Part shown: piece after piece, positions 36,729 through 49,900 of the stretch
How the letters are laid out: the number at the start of each line of letters is the position of its first letter
Position numbering within the stretch: the stretch's first letter is position 1
DNA from: Azolla caroliniana
Taxonomy: Eukaryota; Plantae; Polypodiophyta
DNA: 64,000 bases
Direction of reading: 5' to 3'
NCBI GenBank assembly: GCA_043228905.1
Contig: JBHGNT010000018.1
Coordinates: forward strand, 1,860,001 to 1,924,000
Notes under the pieces: generated by a model
The model's database searches: none
What the model saw: only the letters and a program-made list of their open reading frames with translations
What the model was told of the DNA's origin: nothing
Made by a program: the position numbers and the translations under genes

Positions 36729-39700
36729 AATGCAATGGACAAAATGCTTATAAGTCACTTGATTTCTCTTCAAGAATCCATAAACAAGCAAGGTGAAGAG
36801 ATTAGGACGTTAATGAAGAGAATGCTAAGCTCCAAAATGTTGTCATTGAGAATGAAAGTCTTAAGCAAGTGGTTGCAAAACATCAAGAAGAGATTCAAGA
36901 ATGTAAAAGAGCTTCTTTCGAAACAAATGAGCGCCTTAACAAGATTGAGTTAAAGGAAGCATTAAAAGAAGAAAATTTGGACACGTTGAGGCGGGATGTA
37001 AGTGAGATGAAAAATGTATGTACAACGAAGTCATGGGCCGATGTATGTGGTGGGGATGTGGTATCAAACTCATCTAATATGCATGGGATGCATCAAGAGA
37101 AGAATATAGAAAGCATAGATGTCCGAGAATTGAAAGAACGTGAACGACGATCAAAGAACATTGTCATTCATGGGATTAAAGAAGAGAGTATGGAAACACT
37201 TGCATCCCTTGGAAAGGCCATTGGTGAATTTTTTAGCATGCATTATGGGATGTCAGATATGAATGTATATGGGGCACACCGAATTGGGAAACACGGTGTT
37301 ACTCACTCCAGAGAAAGGCCTATTGTATGCACAATGACAGATGATACAAAGCGGCGGATCATACTCGAAAATAGTTGGGTATACCTCAAAGGTACACAAT
37401 GATTTGTGAGTGAAGATCATACTATCTCACAACAAAATGCTCGTCGTAAAGCATATGAAGAAAGATTGAAAAATAAGATTAAGGATGTGCCTAAAGATGG
37501 AAATGTAGACAAATAGGGACATGTAACCTATGAGCCTAAGCCACACCTTTTACGACTATGCTTTTGGAATTGCAATGGATACCCATGGGATGCGGGATTT
37601 TGCATAGAGGGGTTTACCGATGACTCGGATATCACACTTCTTATTTAAACATGGGAGCATGATACTCAAAGGATTCAAGGTTTAGGAAACTATAATGTAC
37701 ACTCTTTGATATGGAAGAAAAATCCAAGACAAGGAAGAGGACAAGGAGGGGTGGCATGTTTGATTAAGAAGGAAATAGAGAAATATGTGTCGATTGTAAA
37801 AAATGATGAACATAAATGCGACATATGGCTCAAAATAGAAACGCCTAATGATTTGCCTACTTTTGTAGTTGGATGTATACATAAATTCTCACTTGGTGAA
37901 TGGACACCGGAATCCAATCATAGGCCTTTATGTATTGATCCCAAATGTATGCATAGATTTTATTGTGAGAAGGCTATTGAAGATAATAAACAACCACACT
38001 CAAGCATGAACCTTAAGTGAGCTCCCATGTATTCGAAGATGGTTGAGGATATGTTACAAATGACAAAGGTACAACATGGTGCCACACTAGAATGCAAACG
38101 GGAAGCTTTCAAGAAAGTCATTCTCTCCTGTACAAACAAATGTTTTTCGACCAATCGCACATCTTGGAACAAGAAACTTAGGAAAAACTGGTTTGATAAA
38201 GAATGTCGTGAAGCTCGAAAGTGCCTTATGGTTTTGGATGTAGTTAAGGATAAAGAGAATTACCAAAAGCATTTGCATGAGTATAAAAGGCTTATTCAAA
38301 GAAAGAGAAGAATATTGGAAGCATAGTATGAACCATACGTACCATTCGTGCATTCGTGTTCGAGAATGATTCAATCATTTGAGAATCATAAACACCCTTG
38401 AAGAATGATAAATACCATACTTTTGGATAAATGATTTACTATAAGGTAAATATTTTTTCACGGTAAAAGAAATTTAAAAATTGCAAAAAAAAAACACATT
38501 ACTTTCTTAATAACAATATGTTTTTTTTCGTAAATCTATTTATTGTAATTTTTGTGAGTATAAATTTTGTACTACATAGCTTACTTCAAAATTTGTACTA
38601 CATCTCGACATTACACGAATTACTTCAAAATGATAGAAATTATAGACAAATTAAAGCAATTACAAGCTTTATAGAATAATTACAGAAATTATAGAATAAT
38701 TTCATTACAGAAATTTCATCACAGAAATTTCAGAAATTTCATTACAAAACTTTAAACACTATTATTAACCCTAAATATACCTGAATCTCGTTGGTATGCA
38801 GATCGCTCAAGGCTAGGTGGGAGATGAGAGGAGAGCGTAACGTTACGTTGATGTGCAGAGGAAAAGGGGGAAAAGGGGGGGAAAGAGGGAAAAAACAAAA
38901 AAAAAAACACGAATATTTGAATATCATTCGTGTTCGTTTTCCAATGTAGGAAAACGAATGATATGGTAGATGAACACGAATTTTTTGTACTATGATTGGA
39001 AGTTACTGAACAATTTATCCAACAATTAAATTTTGGGGAAATCTAAAGGGGAAATGTGTTGAGCGTTATGGTGACTTAACTCTTCACAACTTGTCTATGC
39101 ATTATAAGAATTTATATGAGTTATCTCTTGCCAAAAAGATGATGTGTTATGGTTCTCTTTCACATATATCTCTATGCATTGTAAGAATTTATATGAGTTA
39201 TCTCTTGCCAGAAAGATGACGTGTTATGGTTCGCTTTCACAAATGTCTCCCTTCTTTACAATTGAAGATATAGGCATAGGACTTAAGAAATTGGCCTCTC
39301 GAAAGGCAAGCGATCTTCAATGTCTAAAGGCTGAAATGCTCAAATGGATGGGAAAGGAAGCACATGTATGGATAAGCGATATGTTTAATGATGCATTGCA
39401 ATATGGTATGCCGTACGATTGGACTACCAATTAGATCAAACCTTTACATAAAGGTGGAGATGTAAATAATGTAAACAACTATTGAACCATCATGGTTGGC
39501 TCATTAATGGCAAAACTATTTGGATGTATAATGGAATCAAAGATAAGTGTATGGGCTAAAATAAATGGTAAGAGATCTTATGAACAAGCTTGCTTTCGAA
39601 AACACCATAGCACCATTGATCACCTTGTCACCCTTCGAGTATTAATGGAGGAAAGTCACCTTAGAGGTAAAGGTTTATATTGTTGCTTTGTAGACTTCAA

Positions 39701-40450
39701 GAAAGCTTTCAATATGGTACCTTGTGAGCATCTTTGGAGGCGAACGGAAGAACTTGAGGTGCCAAGTGAATATATGCTTGCAATTTCCCGAATTTATGAG
39801 AAGGGTATATGTTTTGTGTGCATGAGAGATAAACTTTCAAATTTTTTCAAAAGCACTATTGGTGTTAAGCAAGGATTCCAACTCTCACCAACACTATTTT
39901 GTCTATGCATTGATGAATTGGAAGAAATGGATACCAAGTTTGCAAAGGAAGAATGTGTTGAAGAAGTTGTCATTAGGGATGTTGTGATTATGCTTTTGCT
40001 ATATGCAGATGATGTAGTGTTTTTTGCAAATAATTTAGGAGATGCACAAAAGCTTATGAAGGCATTGGAAAAATTTGCCTGCATACTAAATTATGTGTCA
40101 ATAGCTCTAAAACAAAGATTATGCTTGTGAAGAGCCAAAAAAGAGATAAACCATGCATTATGTACAACGATGAGCCACTTGAATGTGTGGAAAGCTTCAA
40201 ATAACTTGGCCTTGAAGTTCCTTCAAATCATAGATGGAATGAATGTGCTACACGTCGCTTAGACGTGGGTAAGCGAGCATACTATGCATATGAGAACAAA
40301 TGCAATCTTGGAGATATTAAGTGTTGGGTCCTCAAGAAATATCTTTTTGACACTTTGATGACACTGGTTCTTCTTTATGGGGTGGAAGTATGGGGCAGTA
40401 GCATCCCTAAATCTATGTGGAAAGAGTTTGAAAATGTCCAAAAACATTTG
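36727..40450 (+). mobile_element. Non-LTR retrotransposon (LINE) copy 1, decayed: ORF1, APE endonuclease and RT; RTEX/CR1-L2-like rather than typical plant L1
   Basis: ORF1 coiled coil plus ERERRSKNIVIHGIKE...AHRIGK...RPIVC; EN LCFWNCNG/GGVACLI; RT QACFRKHHSTIDHL, FVDFKKAF, GVKQG..LSPTLF, LLYADDVV, LLYGVEVWG. Confidence 0.85.
38322..38994. mobile_element. hAT-type MITE (673 bp) inserted in LINE copy 1
   Basis: TIRs CATAGTATGAA / TTTGTACTATG; perfect 8-bp TSD ATTGGAAG (38314-38321, 38995-39002); subterminal ATTCG/CGAAT motifs. Confidence 0.85.
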
Positions 40451-41677
40451 GTAATTTTCTTTGAATAAACCTTTTATAGTCATGCAAATGCTTTTGGTAA
40501 TTTTCTTTATCCTTAACTACATGTAAACGATTACTTGCGGAAGCGTTAGAAAACAGAAAAATTAGGGAATACACAGAGTACACGGGAGAGACAGAGAGAG
40601 CAAAACGTAAAAGCTATATTCAAAAACAATATAATCACTCTGTCACTTACAATTGTGCTCAGTAGCACTATTTATACAAGTCCTCGTAGGACTGACACAA
40701 GTACCGTGTACTTCAATGCTCACACAAGCTTCTGACACTTACTACGAGACTATAATTGCCTAGTAGTCTAAACTAATACTAGGCTACCGGTTACCGATTG
40801 GATATGGCTAACTGGCTCCCCAACTCACCGGCTCTGTTGCTTGCCGGCTCGGTTGCTCATGGCTTACCGATCCGTCTCGCTTGCCGGCTCAGGCTTATTC
40901 AACCGATCCGGCTCCAGTTGAGCTTGCCGCTCAACACTCCCCCTCAAGCTCAACTTGAAGTTGGATCCTAGTGTTAGTCTATGTGGCAGTCAGTTGTTCC
41001 AAGCGACTTCTCTTGGCGTCGCTCCGCCTTGCTCGCACTCCTTGTCCGGTCCGGTTCTGTTTGTCGCGACCCCTCTTGTTCTGCGTGTCTCGACCTCCTC
41101 GATCGGTATGTCTGCTCAATAGGCCCCTCTCAGCTCCTTCGCTGTTATGACTCCGACGCTTATCGATCCGTCGGCTCCTCCGCGATGGCATCGACTTCCG
41201 CTGCATCCGTGTCTGCTTGGCCTTGAATTGATCCGGTTCTTCCGAATCTGTTTGTTGAACCGAATCGACTGTCTCCGATTCGTTCTAGCTCTTGTTCGAA
41301 TTGGTTGCTCCTGATTCGTCTTCTGATTGCAAGCCCTTCACCACATTAGACCATGTTCGGGTCTTGGCCTTCTTCCTTCGGTCGGCTCTGTCCTTGTTGA
41401 CTCTGCCACCTTCTGTTCTTCCCTCACCGGCGCAATCGGCAGTCTCTTTGCCTTTGCCCGTTCTCCCCCTCAATTGTGACACGTCGAGATGTTGAACACC
41501 AAGCATTTCGGTGAAGTGCTGCAACTTGTCCGATCCGAGCGGCTTGGTGAAGATGTCGGCAACTTGCTGATCCGTGTGAACATACCGTAGTTCAACTTCA
41601 CCGCTCAGGACCCGCTCACGCACAAAGTGATAATGCACTTCTATGTGCTTCGTGCGAGCATGGAACATAGGGTTCTT

Positions 41678-42308
41678 GGCGAGCTGCATGCTGTTGATGT
41701 TATCACAATAAATCGGGATCGGGGTTGGTACCTCGATCCGCAAGTCTCGCAGCAGTCGCCGAAGCCAAATGGCTTCGCAGGTGGCAATGGTAGCGCCCCG
41801 GTACTCAGCCTCAGTGCTTGATAGAGCCACTATTGGCTGCTTTTTGCTGCTCCACGCAACAGTTGTGCTCCCTAGGGAAAACATATAACCAGAGGTTGAT
41901 CGGCGATCTGATGCATCGTCGGCCCAATCGGCATCCGTGTAACCGACGAGCTCTCCGGTTATACCTCGCCGGTATAATAGTCCCCAGTCCTTCGCGAGCT
42001 GCATGTTGTTAATGTTATCACAATAAATCGGGATCGAGGTTGGTACCTCGATCCGCAAGTCTCGCCGCAGTCGCCGAAGCCAAATGGCTTCACAGGTGGC
42101 AATGGTAGCGCCCCAGTACTCAGCCTCAGTGCTTGATAGAGCCACTATTGGCTGCTTTTTGCTGCTCCACACAACAGCTGTGCTCCCTAGGGAAAACATA
42201 TAACCGGAGGTTGATCGACGATCTGATGCATCGCCGGCCCAATCAGCATCCGTGTAACCAACGAGCTCTCCGGTTATACCTCGCCGGTATAACAGTCCCC
42301 AGTCCTTC
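41678..42308 (-). repeat. 315-bp in-frame tandem duplication within the copia D RNaseH
   Basis: GAGCTGCATG(C/T)TGTT at 41681 and 41996; MFSLGST...SSTEAEY...MQLAK appears twice in ORF 41285-42199. Confidence 0.9.
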
Positions 42309-42323
42309 GTGCCGCTTACATAT

Positions 42324-42962
42324 TGTTAGGAAACAGGTCCCTCCGGATGGGAAGTGAGAAGAACAGTACTAATGAGTAAACTCGGCTACGAAAGACCTGG
42401 TGAGAACCGGATGAGGAGTACCCGGCTACGGAAGACCCGGAGAGAACCGGATGAGGAGTACCCGACTAGAGCCGGATGATGAAGGCCCGGTTAGAAGTGC
42501 TCACCGGATAAAGGGACATATTCGTAAATATGTTTTCTGAGAGTCCATCGGGGCTATATTTGTAAATAGCTGAAAAGTCATATTAGTATAAATATGACTT
42601 AGGGCAAACTTAGCTGTTGTTGTCATTCTTGTTGGTGCAAGACTAGAGAGCGCGTAACAGTGTACAATGAGAGAGAGAGAGGAAGAGGTCGTTGCCTCTG
42701 TTGTAACCGCCGCCTGTGGCGAAGATCGTGAGCACGAGGTCGTTGCCTCCGTGAGCTCACTGTTATAATCATTGTGATATAGTGATAGTTTGGAGTCTGT
42801 GGACTCCAGTGGTTTTTCCCTCTCAGGATTTTCCATGTTAGACATCGTGTGTATTCTTCTCTCCTTTGTGTCGTGTTTTCTTTTATTCCCCGTTTTCGTG
42901 TTTGATTCTATTAAGCTCGGTTGTGGCCGAGCGTTGTTCATCGGAGCGTGTAGTTCCTGTCA
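42324..42962 (+). mobile_element. Copia-type solo LTR (639 bp), same family as 20833-21648
   Basis: TGTTAGGA...TCCTGTCA termini; TSD CATAT on both sides; colinear with the first solo LTR, with fewer and shorter U3 repeats. Confidence 0.9.
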
Positions 42963-45900
42963 CATATCGCAGTATCCGTTGTGCGCACTGAAGGTGCTCC
43001 ACGGTCGGCTTCTGCATGAACTGACTTATCATTTCGACCGGATAGCTGATGTCAGGGCGTGTGATAGTCAGGTAAATAAGGCTTCTGACAATTTTTCGGA
43101 ACCGTTTCTCGTTGCAGGCCGGTCCGGAGTTGGGACGAAGCTTCTGGTTCCGGTCCAAGGGTGTGGATATAGGTCGGCATTTTGTCATGCCGAACTTGTA
43201 CATCATATTCAAGACGTAATGTCGTTGTGAGAGCAATATGTCGTCCAGGGTTCGGATCACCTCGATCCGTAGAAAATAATGAAGGTCCCCCAGATCCTTC
43301 ATCTCAAATGCGTCCGACAGTTGAGACTTGAAGCGGTTGATTTCTGGAACACCCGGTCCGGTGATGACTAGATCATCAACATACAACAGTATACATACCG
43401 AACCGGTTGAGCCTTGCCGGATGAACAATGAAGAGTCCGATTTGGAGGCCACAAACCCCATCTTACGCAACCGGTGCGTGATCTTCGCATTCCAAGCTCA
43501 AGGGGTTTGCTTCAGGCCATACAACAACTTCTTCAGCCGGCATACCGCTGACTTGTTCATCTCCGATTGAAAACCGGGAGGCTGAGTCATAAAGACTTCT
43601 TCTTCAAGATCACCTTGAAGAAATGCATTCTTCACATCCATCTGATGAAGATGCCACCCCCTTGCCACAGCAACCGCCAGCACCACTCGAACCGTTGTCA
43701 TCTTCGCTACAGGCTACCGGTTACCGATTGGATCAAGCTAACTGGCTCCCCAGCTCACCGGCTCTGTTGCTTGCCAGCTTGGTTGCTCACGGCATACCGA
43801 TCCGTCTCGCTTGTGCTCAGGCTTATTCAACTGATCCGGCTCCAGTTGAGCTTGCCACTCAACACTACATCTAAAACCATAAGGCACTTTCGAGCTTCAT
43901 GAAATTCTATATCAAACCATTTTTTCTTACATTTCTTGGTGCATTTCCATGATGTGCAGTTGGTCGAAAAAAATTTGTTTGTACAAGAGAGAATGACATT
44001 CTTAAAAGCTTCTCATTTGCATTCTAGTGTGGCACCATGTTGTGTCTTTGTCATTTGTAACATATCCTCAACCATCTTCGAATACATGGGCGCTCGCTTA
44101 AGATTCATGGTCAAGTGCGTTTGTTTACTATCTTCAATGACCTTCTCACAATCAAACCTATGCATACATTTGAGATCAATACATAAATTCCTATGATCGG
44201 ATTCCGATGTCCATTCCCCTAGTGAGAATTTATGTATACGATCCAAAATACCTTTGGAAAGTAGCACATAGTCAATCGCACTATTTCCATTGTGTTTTCT
44301 ACATGTAAAACCATTAGTGTTGGGCCATAAGGAAATACCATTTGCAATAAGCAATCCGGTACAATTGCACATTTGTAGGAGTAACTTCCCAAATTGGTCT
44401 GGATCTTTTTCGTCGCTAGAAGAGCGGCTATACATTTGCATATCCTCTTGCATCCTTGAGATATGTGGCATGAAAGATTCTTGTGAATCAAGTTGGAAAC
44501 TTCTTGTACAAGAATTCATGTCACCAAAGACAATAACTTCCCCTTTGGATTTGAAATAAGCAATATCATCTTCTAAATTGGCAAACGATTTATCATTATC
44601 CAAACAAGCATAAAAGTTAGAATCTTGATGAGGAATGTAACATCCAACTACAAAAGTGGGCAAATCATTAGGTGTTTCTATTTTGAGCCATATGTAGCAT
44701 TTATTTCCATCATTTTTTATGATTGACACATATTTCTCTATTTCCTTCTTAATCAAACATGCCATCCCTCCTTGTCCTCTTCTTTGTCTTGGATTTTTCT
44801 TCCATATCAAAGAGTGTACATTATAGTTTCCTAAACCTTGAATCCTTTGAGTATCATGCTCCCATGTTTCAACAAGAAGTGTGATATCTGAGTCATCGGT
44901 GAACTCCTCTATGCCAAATCCCGCATTCCATGGGTATCCATTTCAATTCCAAAAGCATAGTCGTAAAAGGCATGGGTTAGTCTCATAGATCACGTGTGCC
45001 TATTTGCCTACATTTCCATCTTTAGGCACATCCTTAACCTTATTTTTCAATCTTTCTTCATATGCTTTACGACGAGCATTTTGTTGTGAGATAGTACGAT
45101 CTTCACTCACAAAGCATTGTGTACCTTTGAGGTATACCCAACTATTTTCGAGTATGATCCGCCGCTTTGTATCATTTGTCATTGTGCATACAATAGGCCT
45201 TTCTCTGTAGCGAGTAACACCATGTTTCGCAACTCAGTGTGCCCCATATACATTCACATCTGACATCCCATAATGCATGCTAAAAAATTCACCAATGGCC
45301 TTTCCAAGGGATGCGGGTGTTTTCATACTCGCTTCTTTAATCCCATCTTTGATCGTCGTTCACGTTCTTTCAATTCTCGGACGTCTAGGCTTTCTATATT
45401 CTTCTCCTGATGCATCACATGCATATTAGATGAGTTTGATACCACATCCCCTTCACATACATCGGCCCATGACTTCGTTGTACATACATTTTTCATCTCA
45501 CTTACATCCCGCCTCATCGTGTCCAATTTTTCTTCTTTTAATGCTTCCTTTAACTCAATCTTGTTAAGGCGCTCATTTGTTTCAAAAGAAGCTCGTTTAC
45601 ATTCTTGAATCTCTTCTTGAAGTTTTGCAACCACTTGTTTAAGACTTTCATTCTCAATGACAACACTTTGGAGCTTAGCATTCTCTTTCATTAACGTCCT
45701 AATCTCTTCACCTTGCTTGTTTATGGTTTCCTTAAGAGAAATCAAGTGACTCATAAGCATTTTGTCCATTGCATTAGAATCGAGATTTGTTGGTGATCTC
45801 GGCTCATTATCAATCATACCCCCGAACTTTGCGGCGGTTTTACGAGTATTTGCCATTGTAGGGACAAACCCTAGGGGGAGAGAGAGACAGAGAGGGAAGG

Positions 45901-45965
45901 AGAGAGAATGTACCTTTCACTCAATTTAGGGCGTCAAAATCTACCTTCCGTTTGAGGAACTGTGG

Positions 45966-45968
<3 letters not shown>

Positions 45969-46021
<53 letters not shown>
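45969..46021. repeat. (AG)26 microsatellite at the 5' junction of LINE copy 2, reading (CT)n on the LINE strand
   Basis: Directly visible. Confidence 0.95.
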
Positions 46022-46022
<1 letters not shown>

Positions 46023-46225
46023 GAAATGGAAATGATATTATGTTATGAAAAAACAAGGTTACAAAGAGTAGGCTAAGGGCTAAAGACTGGTGTTGAACCG
46101 AATGAGTTGTGATGAATGTATAAATCCTTACGGAGTATTCTAGAATATTTTAGATATTTATGATAATAAATAGAATCATGAAATATTCAAGAATTTTCTA
46201 GAATAGTCTAGAATATTCTAGAATA

Positions 46226-46912
46226 TGTTGGGAATCGACGCTTCGATTCACCTTCACCGCTCGGCCACAACCGAGTAATCGCGAATCAATGCAGCAGAAA
46301 ATAGGAACCACAGAGAGAAACACACAAATACACAGGGATTAACGTGGAAAACCCTAGACGGGAAAAACCACGGGAGTGCAAGCCTCCAACTATCACTATG
46401 AACAGAGATGTACAATGGTGAAGCTACAAGGCAACAACCTTGAGTTCACTGTCTTCGCCACAGGCGGCGGTATTACACAGAGGCGTCGACCTCTTCCTCT
46501 CTCACGCTCTATCTCTCTCACGGCTGCTCTCTCTCTTCACTCCTCTTGAGTGGAAAAACACAGAAAAATGAGTAGCAACAACAACATTTAAACTGTTTGC
46601 CCTAAGTCATATTTATACACATATGACTTTCGGACTATTTACAAATATAGCCTCAAGGGCTCTTGGCAAACATATTCACAAATATGTCCCCGCATCCGGA
46701 TCTCTCTCCGAGTACATTCGTCATCCGGCTCCGTAACCGGGGTCTTCAGCATCCGGCTCCATAGCCGGGGTCTTCAGCATCCGGCTCCGTAGCCGGAGTC
46801 TTCAGCATCCGGCTCCGTAGTCGAGGTCTTCAGCATCCGGCTCCGTAACCGCAACCGGGCTTGCCGTCATTCATCTCCGGACATCCCATCCGGAGGGACC
46901 GAAATCCCAGCA
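46226..46912 (-). repeat. 3' LTR of copia C, with 28-bp tandem repeats (~46722-46850)
   Basis: About 4.5 copies of CATCCGGCTCCGTAGCCGGGGTCTTCAG. Confidence 0.93.
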
Positions 46913-46922
46913 AACTCCCCCT

Positions 46923-49900
46923 TCACTTCGGCATGGGATGTCTCTCCAATCCGATCCTCTTCCGGCATGCTTCCAGCTTGTCGGGTGTGAGCACCTTGGT
47001 CAGCATATCCGACCCGTTCTCGTCCGTGTGGATCTTCGTCAGCACGAACTCCTTGTCTTCTATCCTTTCCCGGATCCAGTGGTATCTACGCTGGATGTGT
47101 TTCGTCCGGGAATGGTAGGCCGCGTTCTTTGCAAGGTGGATGGCACTCTGACTATCGCAGTAGAGTCGGTACTCCTCCTGCCGGATACCGAGCTCTCTAA
47201 CGAAGTCCTTCATCCATATTATTTCCTTGCCGGCTTCAACAGCCGCCATGTACTCCGCCTCCGTGGTTGACAACGCAACCGTCTTCTGCAACCTCGACTG
47301 CCACGAAACGGCTCCCCCTGCATATGTCATTACATACCCTGATGTAGACCGGCTGGTATCCGCATCAGCCGACATGTCCGAATCGGTAAATCCATCGAGT
47401 TCGGGCTTACCGGAGCCGAATCGGAGGCACATGTTCGAAGTGCCCTTTAAGTATCGGAGTATCCATTTGACCGCGTTCCAGTGCTCCTTGCCGGGATTAC
47501 TCATATACCGGCTCACCACTCCGACTGCGTATCCAATGTCCGGTCGGGTACACACCATTGCGTACATCAAGCTCCCGACGGCAGAGGCATATGGTATCTT
47601 CATCATATCCTCCTTTTCAACTTTTGTCTTGGGACTTTGCTTGCTGGACAACTTGCAGTTTGTCGGGAGTGTTGACCCGACCGGTCTTGCTTCCGACATG
47701 TTGAACCGGTGAAGCACCTTTGTCACGTACTTCTCCTGTGACAGCCACAACTGCTTCTTCTTCCGGTCCCGGATGATGTGCATCCCTAGTATTTGCCTCG
47801 CCGGACCTAGGTCCTTCATTGAGAAGGTTCGGTGAAGAGCCTTCTTCAGCATCCGTATCTTGACCTGGTCTCGTCCCACGATCAACATGTCGTCCACGTA
47901 CAGGAGGAGTATTAGAAAGTCTCCTCCTTCGAACTTCTTCACAAACACGCAGTGGTCGGACTGCGTTTTGAGGTACCCTTCGTCGGTCATGAAAGAGTCA
48001 AACTTCCGGTACCATTGCCAGGGAGCCTGCTTCAGTCCGTAAAGGCTCTTCTTCAACCGGCATACCAGGTGCTCCTTCCCTTTCTTCTCGAATCCTTCCG
48101 GTTGCTGCATGTAGATCTCTTCATCGAGGTCACCGTGAAGGAATGCCGTCTTCACGTCCATCTGTTCTACCTCGAGGTCCATGCTTGCCGCTATGCTCAG
48201 CACCGTCCGGATGGAGGTCATCTTCACTACCGGGGCAAATATCTCGTCGAAGTCGACGCCCTTCTTCTGCTGAAACCCCTTCACCACGATCTTGGCTTTG
48301 TATCTCGGGGGGTTTCCGGCATCTCCCGGTTTCAGCTTGAACACCCACTTGTTACGGAGTGCCCGTTTTCCTTTCGGCAGCTCCACAAGTTCATATGTGT
48401 GGTTCTCATGCAGGGAATCCATCTCCTCCTGCATGGCACTTAACCACCTGCGGCTATGGGTGTCATGCTTCGCTTCTTCAAAGCTTTCCGGCTCCCCTTC
48501 GTCGGTTAGCAGCACGTGCTCTGGTTCCGGAAATCTCCGGGGGGCCCTTCTCTCTCTTAGAGGATATCTCCTTTCCGGAGCTTCGGTAACCGGTTCTTCC
48601 GATTCTTCTTCATCCGAATCCATTTCGGGATCGGGGCCGGTTCCGGTATTATTTTCATCTTCTTCGGCCGGTTCTGTTTCTTCACCGTCTTCGGCCGGAT
48701 CCTCGAGTGCTAACCGGTCCCTTGCCGGTCGGGACTGCTCCTCGTAGAGTTGATCCTCACCGGTCGACTTGGAGCTCTTCATCTTCTTCTCCGACTCCCA
48801 GTCGGCGAGTGTCTTGTCCTCCATGAAGATGATATCTCGACTCCTGAATATCTTCTTGTCGACCGGGTCCCATACTCGGTAGCCGAACTCGTCGTCGCCG
48901 TAACCGAGGAATATGCATGGCCGGGTCTTTGGATCTAGCTTTCCTCTCCGGTCCTTTGCCACATGCACGTATGCGAGACACCCGAACACCTTCAGATGCC
49001 GGTAGGACACTTCCTTACCGGTCCACACTTTCTGCGGCGTGTCTCCGTCCAACGGTACTGAGGGTGATCTGTTTATCACGTATGTCGCCGTCGACATTGC
49101 CTCAGCCCAAAACCCCTTGGGTAATTTCGCATGTGCCAGCATACTCCGGACCCTCTCCATTATGGTCCGGTTCATCCTCTCGGCCAGCCCGTTTAGTTCC
49201 GGCGTCTTCGGCACAGTAAACTCGAGCCGGATTCCCTTCGAGCGACAGTACTCCTGGAACTGCCCCCGGTATTCCCCTCCGTTATCCGCTCGTATCGCTT
49301 TCAGCTTCTTGCCGGATTCCCTTTCCACTCTCGCGTGGAGTTCTTTGAAGACGCACAACACTTGGTCCTTTGTCTTCAGCGGTGCCGTCCACAGCTTCCG
49401 GCTGTGATCATCAATGAATGTTACGAAGTACTGGGCTCCGCCATGTGACTTCGTTTCTACCTGACACACATCAGTGTGCACCAACTCCAATGGTGCGCTA
49501 CGTCTCGTCGGTGGCCTTGAGTGGAAGGAGGTTCGGTTCTGCTTACCGGCCAGGCAATCGGTGCACTTCTCCAGGTGCACATGCTTCACTGGAATAAGGT
49601 TGTCTTCTGCAAGCCTCTTCATCCCCTTCTCACTCATGTGGCACAGTCTTTTGTGCCACAGCTCACCGGCAGTGTCGGCTGCCACATTCAGCTCTTCCGG
49701 ACATAACCGGGCATTCATCAGGTACAGTGTGTTGTCTTTCCGGGCCCGAGCCACTATCAGGCTCCCCTTGCTGAACTTCATTACGCCGTTCCGGATGCTA
49801 CCTGTGTAGCCTTCATCGTCTAGCCTCCCGGCCGAAATCAGGTTCAATCGAACCTCCGGAACGTGTCGGACATCCTTCAGCAGCATCTTGCATCCGGTTG

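Larger units (their letters stand above)
40522..43864 (-). mobile_element. Internally deleted Ty1/copia element D (3' LTR 40522-40936, RT-RNaseH remnant, partial 5' LTR ~43710-43864)
   Basis: TG...CA ends; TSD CTACA on both sides; PPT at 40937-40946; [43 protein letters not shown]. Confidence 0.88.
40465..45968 (-). mobile_element. LINE copy 2 (same family, inverted): 5' UTR, ORF1 (ATG at 45856) and endonuclease; 3'-truncated and interrupted by copia D
   Basis: ORF1 MANTRKTAAK...ERERRSK; EN YIPHQDS, GDMNS, IDYVL, SDHR. 43870-45790 is an inverted homolog of 36730-38240, and the match resumes at 40465-40521 across the copia insertion. Confidence 0.85.

Noticed and set aside
42334-42400. Hammerhead-like motif in the solo LTR (CTAATGA-GTA...TAC-GAAA-GACCTG with upstream CAGGTC; CTGATGA...GAAA at ~20878), suggesting a retrozyme
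   Set aside because: The core is not CUGANGA in this copy, the cleavage triplet would be CCC rather than NUH, stem I does not form, and stem II does not pair in the other copy.
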